Shown: in pieces, positions 55,461-64,000 of the stretch
Position numbering within the stretch: the stretch's first letter is position 1
Layout of the letters: every line of letters starts with the position of its first letter
Source: Paraspadella gotoi
Lineage: Eukaryota > Animalia > Chaetognatha
Direction: 5' to 3'
Length of the DNA stretch: 64,000 nucleotides
Assembly (NCBI GenBank): GCA_051294375.1
Contig: CM119268.1
Span: 15,855,959 to 15,919,958 of the forward strand
Made by a program: the position numbers and the translations under genes
The notes under the pieces: generated by a model
Seen by the model: the letters and a program-made list of their open reading frames with translations, nothing else
Database searches by the model: none
What the model was told of the DNA's origin: nothing

Positions 55461-55929
55461 AAATAAATAAATAAATATAAATAATAAATAAATAAATACA
55501 ATGAATGTAAGCTAATTTATTTATTCTTTATTTATTTATATCTTTATTTATAAATAAGAAAAAAATAAATAAAATAAATAAAGATTAAAAAGAAAGAAAG
55601 TAAGGAATAGATAAGGGAGGAAAAAAAAGCAATCACGTAGAAACTACGCCAAGAAGTTTCTTTGTAATCTATTTCGCCCAAATCTCTTCTTTATTTTCTC
55701 TCCTCTCTTCTTCTCTCTTTCACCTTACACTTTTCTATTTCTCCTCTCTCTTCTCTCTTTCACCTCTCTTTTCTATTCCCTCTCTCTTCTCTTTCGACCT
55801 GTCAGCGTTACACATAACCTTCTCGTCCGACTGCCTTTCCTTCGCTCGTCTCCCGAGGCCCGCGTCATAATTAAAATTTTTGACGTTTCGGCCGCGAATC
55901 TTCTCTCCTTCTCTCTCTCTCTCTCTCTC

Positions 55930-55981
<52 letters not shown>

Positions 55982-56103
55982 CTTCTCTTTCCACCCTAAC
56001 TCTCTCTTTCTCCCTCTTCCGCTTTTTAGGCCTTTTCTCTCTTTCGGGTCAAGTTTTCGGTCAGTTGAGTCAAAATTCTGACGGATGAAGGTTATGGGCC
56101 GTT

Positions 56104-56191
<88 letters not shown>

Positions 56192-56431
56192 TAACATGAA
56201 GACAATAAAAACTAATGAGTGAGAAAGACAAGACCATTAACGGACAAAAAAATCTTTACTTGAATCTTTCAAGATATTTTTTAATTTTGTAAAACACGGA
56301 AGGAAATTAAACTATATGTAAAATTGTAACTGTAAAGTATCATTTCGTATAAACAATTAATTTATTACTAAACATTCTACAAGTACAAATAAGAAAAAAA
56401 CGTAATGAAAATAAAATGAAAAAAAACTCAC

Positions 56432-56716
56432 CGGAAGTGGAAACCATTTACGAGCTGCGCGGTGTTTGCTGCGGTGAACTTGACGTCGGGAAGTAGATCT
56501 TGATAATGCGGATGAAGGGTAGCGGAGTAGAAGACATCAGCTTCGCCTTCGCAGATGCATCGGCGTCAGACTGACGTGTCAGCGTCGTCAAGGAAAACTC
56601 GATATTTTTTTTTTTGGCGCGTTTGAAGCAGCGTACTTTGCAGCATTCGTAGCAGCGTATTTGCAGCATTTTGGCATCGTTCGTAGCAGCGAGCTTAGCA
56701 ACATTTATTTCGCATG
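56432..56716 (-). other. pros: Second corrupted duplicate of the prospero homeodomain exon (same errors as the 43930 copy)
   Basis: Offset +12502 from the 43930 copy, with identical ORF translations (43946..44167 equals 56448..56669). Confidence 0.85.
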
Positions 56717-57567
56717 CTGGGTGACAACCTTAAACGTACTTCAACGCTCAAGTATATAAACAAATTTAAGACGAAAATATTTTAAAATATTGAAAATAAC
56801 TAAATGAAGGTAATAATATATCCTCCAAAGGCCAATTCTTTCGTACAATTTAACTAGTAAGAATCGTTCACCTCACAGAAACCTTCCGCCTCAAATGAAC
56901 GCGATTTCATCTTTTTGCGTGAATTCGAGAAAGTCGAAAATTCTTTTCATTCCTTGCGCCACTTCCCTTTTCCTTTTCATTCCAGCGTCGTCGTCGTCGT
57001 CGTCGCGGCATCGGTCGCCAGGCGAGAATAGATTCTAAAGTCGTCGTCATCGTCTTCTTGAAATTCTCAGTCAATCCTGAGACTCACCTGAGACTTTTTG
57101 CCAATTTTCAAAACGCCTCGCTCGCCTCTCAAAAAAAAAAAAATACTCGGAACAAAAAATGTCGCAGCTTTTTCGCGCAAAAACCTTCTTTTCCAATACA
57201 GTCTACCCAGGCTACCAGGGTACCAGGCGTTTTTTCCCCTTCTTCCATGTCAATTGCTCAAGCCCTTTCCTCTTCAGCCTCTTTCCTCTGGCCACCTTGC
57301 CCGTCGCCCCTCTCCTTTTCTCTATCCTCGCTTCGTGTCTTCTCTTTCCGTATTTCTTTTTTGGCGTCGATTACACAAACAGATTTTGGGTAAGTCATCG
57401 ATCGTCCGACGACGACGACGACGACGACGACGACGGGCTGGAAAGCGGACGCCGATCGAGCGAAGGTAAGGAATAACTCTCTTCCCCCCCCAACGGAGCG
57501 AATCGAGAAACGCGTCGGACAAACAAGGAAAAAACTCGATCCCTTTACACGCTCCCCACACAGAGAA

Positions 57568-57612
<45 letters not shown>

Positions 57613-58124
57613 AGAGAGGAAGAGAGAGAGAGAGCGCCTGCAATTTGATCCGCGTGCCTTGGCGCTGGCGCGCGTTGGTACCAGGAGGCGCAGGAACGAC
57701 TTCGCGTGGCGAACTCACCATTCGCGGCTCAGAAGATATCGACGTTAGTACTCGTTTCGGTTCGATCTCGAGGGGATGGGGGGTGAGTATGGGTAAGTTA
57801 ATGGAGGGGCGGGCGTGGGAACACGGGTGGGATCGCGAGGTGAGGTTTGAAACACTGGCGCATTCGGATGGTGGAAGTAATCATTCTTTCGACCGCGGAA
57901 GATTAAAATTAAAGATTTCGAACAAATTTAATTAAATTGTTCGGAATTAAAAGAAGGACGAAACGACAGTGGAGAGAGACTTCAAAAAGAAAAAGCAAAT
58001 TGGTTTCAATAAAGAAAGAAGAAAAAAGAAAACGAAGACAGAGAAGAAAGAAAAAAAAAATTGATTTAACGGTTTCCTCGAGGTTTGCGGTGAGGTAAGT
58101 TTATCCGAAAGAGAGAGAGGAGAG

Positions 58125-58165
<41 letters not shown>

Positions 58166-59444
58166 GATATCGATCTCCTTTTTTTTTTTTCGGTTTCCAT
58201 TATTTTATTCTTGTTTTCTTAATCGACCTGAGGTTTCTTTTCGAGTTTTTTTTTCCCATTTATTCTTACGCTGAAAAAAAATATACGGGTTCCCCGGGTA
58301 TTTTTCCTTCCCTCCTCCTCTCGGTTTACTAGGTGTTTTTTTTGACACATAAGTACAACTAATACCGAAGCGCCACACCGCGCCGCGTAAACGAGTCAAT
58401 TGACGAAGCCTTGGAAACTGAAAATTTAACTCGGCCTCTCCTTTTATATTCTCTCCCATTTGCTGACTTCGCCCTCTGCCTCACCGGTCACCACGTCTCC
58501 TTACCTCTTCCTATTGCAATATCCCGTCTCCCCCTCAGCATCGATTCGATACAAGTTCTCCTCCATCACGGCAATGAACGCCGACGCTGTTGCGGCACGT
58601 GCGAGGCCCACGGCGAACAGGAGGGATAGAAAGTAAGAGAAAAAAAAAAGGAGTTAAGATAAAAAAAAAAGAAAGATCAAAAGTAATGAGAAAGAAAGAA
58701 AGGATCGAAAAATAGACAGAAGTAAGATAGAAATAAAAAGATAAAAGAAATACAGAAAGGAAAAAAGCAAAAGAAGGCAACGAGAAAGAAAAAAAAATAT
58801 GAAAGACAGAAAGAAGCAAGCAATGAAGAATCATAGAAGAAAGACAAAGACTTCCACACAAAAAAAGAAAAAAAATGAGCGAAATTATCATCTGGTCGAA
58901 TTGAAACGGAACGTGTTCGTCGGCCTTTGAGGTTTTTAAAAAGACTTGGATTTCGGGTTTTTGACCAAAAAGAACAAAAAAATCGATTGAGAAAACTTTT
59001 TTTTCCTTTGAAATCTTATTTGGTCTTCTGTTCTGCCCTGTCTCTCTCTCTCTTTTCTGCTCTGTCTCCTCTATTTTTTTTTCTTTTGCCAAGTCGCCTC
59101 TCTCTTCCTTCCTTTCCTTTTAGCACCTTTTCCTTGAGTCATGTCTTGCGCCTTCTTCTTCGATCCGGATTGAAGAAAAAAAGGAAAGAAGAGGAAATCG
59201 GACCCTGCCTCTTCCTCCTCCTCCTCTTCCTCCTCGCGCCGTTCCTCCGTTTGTCTTCCTTTTTTCCTTCATTTGCGAAAGAGAGAAAACGAAAGGGGAA
59301 TTCGGTTCGCAAGAAGGGACACGTCTGTAGCGAGACATTCGCTGTATCACGGACTTTTTTCGCCTTCACCGCGATCCGATCCTCGTTTTAATGTCGATCT
59401 CTTTTTTTTCTTTCTCTTACATACTTTTTTTTAATCTCCTTCAT

Positions 59445-59507
<63 letters not shown>

Positions 59508-59670
59508 GAGAGAGATGGATAAATTAACCCTGGGGGGCGTGGCGATCAAAAGTAAAAGGTAAGTCTTGAACAAAGTCGCTTTTTATTATTTGTTTTGCCT
59601 TGGAATTAATTTTTCTTGGGCCGGAGGGAGAGAAACTGGAGAGAAGAGCGAGGTGGAAAGAGAAAGGACG

Positions 59671-59772
<102 letters not shown>

Positions 59773-59974
59773 GGACTTGAAAGAAAATAAGTCCATAAGC
59801 ATCGAGGCGATCATTAGCCATTTAGCCACGATGTCATCCTCATTCTTCTCTCTCCTCCTTTATAATCTTTCCTCTCCTTTCCTCCTCTTCCTCCTCTTCC
59901 TCCTCCCTCATCGCGCCTCATCTATTTCTTATAAGGACAATATCCCCCTAATCGTTATCAGGAGCGAGAGTTGG

Positions 59975-60059
<85 letters not shown>

Positions 60060-61061
60060 AGATANNNNNNNNNNNNNNNNNNNNNNNNNGAGAGAGAGAG
60101 AGAGAGAGAGAGCGAGACGACAAGATGGAAGAAAAACCCATAATGTCTCATCTTTCAATCGGTGAAGCGGTAGGCCTTGAGAATATGTATAGACTTTTAA
60201 TGACTCCGATCAGGCGCGCGATGGAAAAGTGGGATGGTGGTAAGGTGGAATCCTGGGACACTGGAAGGTGGTAAGGTGGAATCCTGGGACACTGGAATTG
60301 TGGAAAAGTGAAAATGAAAAAAAAGGTGGAAGGATGGAAGAGTCCCGAATTGTTAACAATTTTTAAGTAATTAAAGCACAATTTAACAAACAGTCTTTTT
60401 CTTGATGAAATTCCTTCTAATCTTTGTTGTTGTTGTCGTTGTCATTCTCGTCAAGCGTCGATCGCTTCTTCGTTTATAATTTATTTATATATTATTCTTA
60501 TATTCATCCCATTTTCGCAGAGGAAAGATGATTACCGGCAGATATTCGGAGAGGATATGAATTAATATTTGTAGGATTTCCATTACGAGAATTACGACAA
60601 CCAAATGTGCATCATCGTCAATCGTCAACCGTCGTGCGACCTCGACGACGACGACGACGATGACGACGACGACGACGACGCCAAGAAAGACGACGTTCTA
60701 TATCTATTCCACTTTAAAAAAAAGAAAAAAAGCGAAAAAAGGAAAATTCTGCACAAAAAGTTTGCACAAGAATTCGATCATCGCTTTCGAAATCTAATCC
60801 TCAGTTTTTCTGGCAGCTGCCTTCTTACTTGCGCCCCCAAACTATTTCCGCGCCGCGCGATTTCCCCCCCCCCTTTTATTTTTTTTAGTTTTTTTTTCTT
60901 TCAAGCTAATTTAGTGTAGTAGTTCTTTTCTTTCCTATTTAATTTACTTTTGTCTCGCTAATCTAGAAATTTTCTTTTCTTTTGTCTTTCTTTTTTCATT
61001 TTATGTATCTTCGTTTCTGTTCTAGTCTGTCTGTCTGTCTTTCTTTCTGTCTTTCTTTCTG

Positions 61062-61144
<83 letters not shown>

Positions 61145-61331
61145 CTCTTTCTTTCTTTATTTAGGGATTTTAACTTTTCTTTATCAGTTTTCGTCTAATT
61201 CTTTGCGCCAAAATCGTTTTAACCGTGAAATTCGCTGACCTTTTAATTTGTTCGTCTTTTGTTGTCGTCGTAAAGAAAACTATTAATTCGGTCGGCCGCC
61301 GGTAGAGAGGGCGGAGGCGACAGAGGTGCGG

Positions 61332-61384
61332 CGGCAAAACCGGCAAAACCGGCAAAACCGGCAAAACCGGCAAAACCGGCAAAA
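61332..61384. repeat. (CGGCAAAAC)n 9-mer tandem repeat
   Basis: Five perfect units plus a partial unit. Confidence 0.95.
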
Positions 61385-61484
61385 AAGAAACGATTGCGTT
61401 TTTTAAAATCATCTTTCTAGCGCCTGTGACGTCAGTGTGACGTTACATGTGACATGCCTTTCCGTGAGACTTTCTATCTTTCTA

Positions 61485-61546
<62 letters not shown>

Positions 61547-62183
61547 TCTCTCTCTATCGACTCCCCAATTTTCTGAAGATGATAAAATGTTGGCAAAGGC
61601 GCAAAAAAAGAAGAAAACATCGGCTCAAGTTAAATAAAAAAGAAACGAATTTTTTGTTCCTCTTAATAACTGCAAATGTCACCTATTATGTTTTTGGAAA
61701 CTCGACGGTGGTTTGGGAAATTTTGTGATCATTATAAAACCCGAGTCCCACAGTAATTAAGCCTCAACAAAACATAACTCAGCTAATAATTTAGAAATTA
61801 ATATTCACTAATAGTCTTTTATTCTTAAAGAACAAAATCGAAATTAAAAGCATTCGTTGTCAGTCACAATTCTACGACTTTAAACTCTAAGAATAGAAAC
61901 ACGTTTATCCGTCTTTTTCAAAATCCTCAAATTCTTTCGTCTCACTTTCACAAGAAATTTTATCGCTCACTCGTCTCCCCTCACGGAATCACAACTTTCT
62001 AATGCTGCTCCTCCTCCTCCTTCTCCTCCTCTTTTAACTTCCGAATCACGCAAAGAAAGAAAAATTTAAGTTAAAAAAAAAATATTCCAAATAAAAAAAA
62101 AAGGGAAAACGAAAGGAAAGGATATAGAAAAGAGAAGAGTCCTCTATCGGGGAAAGCATTCGTCGGGGAAGGAAGTCTCCTTG

Positions 62184-62238
<55 letters not shown>

Positions 62239-62380
62239 GAATCACATGTTTCACGTCAATAAAATACCTCGGAATTTTTTTATTTTTTCTCTCTCTCTCT
62301 CTCTCTTTTCCCTCGCTCCACCGGAAGAGACCCTGGCCGATCGGAGTAAATTCTTTAGCGGAATCGCCTTTCCAGCGCGT

Positions 62381-62433
62381 TACAATTAAATACAATTAAA
62401 TACAATTAAAGACAATTAAATACAATAAAATAC
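62381..62433. repeat. (TACAATTAAA)n 10-mer tandem repeat
   Basis: About 5 imperfect units. Confidence 0.85.
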
Positions 62434-64000
62434 CTAAAACTGCAAAGAAGATTTTCTCGCACCAATGTCCATAAAGTTTTCGATTTTAAAACCGTCTCCC
62501 CTCAACCAGAAAATCGAGAACAAAAGAGCAATAAACCCTGAAAAAAATAAATAAATATTTTCGATTTTTGTACACACACATGCCGTCGACGATGACGACG
62601 ACGACGACGACGACGACGACGANNNNNNNNNNNNNNNNNNNNNNNNNNNNNNNNNNNNNNNNNNNNNNNNNNNNNNNNNNNNNNNNNNNNNNNNNNNNNN
62701 NNNNNNNNNNNNNNNNNNNNNNNNNNNNNNNNNNNNNNNNNNNNNNNNNNNNNNNNNNNNNNNNNNNNNNNNNNNNNNNNNNNNNNNNNNNNNNNNNNNN
62801 NNNNNNNNNNNNNNNNNNNNNNNNNNNNNNNNNNNNNNNNNNNNNNNNNNNNNNNNNNNNNNNNNNNNNNNNNNNNNNNNNNNNNNNNNNNNNNNNNNNN
62901 NNNNNNNNNNNNNGGTCGTCTTTACCGAAAAAAGGTTGTCCATGACAATGTATGCCATCATATCATGAATAGCACTCATCTTATCTTTTTACCACGACNN
63001 NNNNNNNNNNNNNNNNNNNNNNNNNNNNNNNNNNNNNNNNNNNNNNNNNNNNNNNNNNNNNNNNNNNNNNNNNNNNNNNNNNNNNNNNNNNNNNNNNNNN
63101 NNNNNNNNNNNNNNNNNNNNNNNNNNNNNNNNNNNNNNNNNNNNNNNNNNNNNNNNNNNNNNNNNNNNNNNNNNNNNNNNNNNNNNNNNNNNNNNNNNNN
63201 NNNNNNNNNNNNNNNNNNNNNNNNNNNNNNNNNNNNNNNNNNNNNNNNNNNNNNAAAGAAACGAGAATAGATCGATCAACGGACTAATTGAATAAAAGAT
63301 TCTTTGACAGAAATAAAGTTTTCTGCTGGAGATATTAGATAATACTGTTACGTATATCTCTCCGTCTCTCTCTGTCTCTGTCTTTCTTTCGATTTCTTTC
63401 ACTAAATATCTCTCTCTCGCTCTCACTCCCGCCCGCTCACTTAGGGGGTCCTCGAGGTCGTCCCGCATTTACGGAGGATGCCGTTTTCTTAATTTTTTTT
63501 GCGGCTCTCTGTCTCTGTCTCTCTCTGTCTCTGTCTCCCTCTTTCTCTCTTTGATTTCCTTTTCCGGGAATCGAAGGCGACGTNNNNNNNNNNNNNNNNN
63601 NNNNNNNNNNNNNNNNNNNNNNNNNNNNNNNNNNNNNNNNNNNNNNNNNNNNNNNNNNNNNNNNNNNNNNNNNNNNNNNNNNNNNNNNNNNNNNNNNNNN
63701 NNNNNNNNNNNNNNNNNNNNNNNNNNNNNNNNNNNNNNNNNNNNNNNNNNNNNNNNNNNNNNNNNNNNNNNNNNNNNNNNNNNNNNNNNNNNNGAGAGAG
63801 AGAGAAACTGGTAATATAAAGTCAAAGATGTGATGCATTTTCATAGAAATTTTAGGGATTTGGAAAACTTTAAAAGTCACCTTAAAGAAACGTACTAAAA
63901 CCTACAGTTAATTTTTAGAGGCAAATTTACATTAAAAATAAAATTGTGAATAATATTGTCAATACTGGAAAATGGGGGAGTAAAAGAAAAGAAACCTCTA

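Noticed and set aside
62117-62125. Perfect U12 5' splice site ATATCCTTT on the minus strand, upstream of all homeodomain exon copies
   Set aside because: The phase-0 frame upstream has a TAG seven codons away and no Prospero similarity, and the context is pyrimidine-rich, so a chance match is plausible. The true donor exon is probably beyond the window or in an N gap.
61332-62433. Short tandem arrays as CRISPR-like repeats
   Set aside because: They have no spacers and the context is eukaryotic; they are simple minisatellites.

Overview
Eukaryotic (animal, probably arthropod/crustacean; this is inference) genomic DNA from a low-quality long-read gap-filled assembly. It is rich in (AG)n, (GAC)n, (AAAG)n and (AAAT)n microsatellites, has seven 25-N spacers, and contains several kilobase-scale near-identical duplications that differ mostly by small indels. 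Almost all ORFs in the track are microsatellite artefacts. The real biology is the 3' half of a prospero/PROX homeo-prospero gene on the minus strand. The homeodomain exon is intact at 49113-48959, with indel-corrupted duplicates at 44075-43930 and 56577-56432. It splices in frame to two Prospero-domain exons (11530-11287 and 10881-10792). Upstream of the homeodomain exon are a U12 branch site (TTTTCCTTGAC) and an AC acceptor. A U2-type CAG acceptor lies 144 nt further upstream, and the frame between the two is open and contains a 24-nt coding-like repeat. This looks like the 3' half of a prospero U2-within-U12 twintron with an unusually long extension. The large intron carries a degraded Ty3/Gypsy pol (RT-RNaseH-INT). 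A possible second small multi-exon gene lies at about 2.4-5.0 kb on the minus strand.
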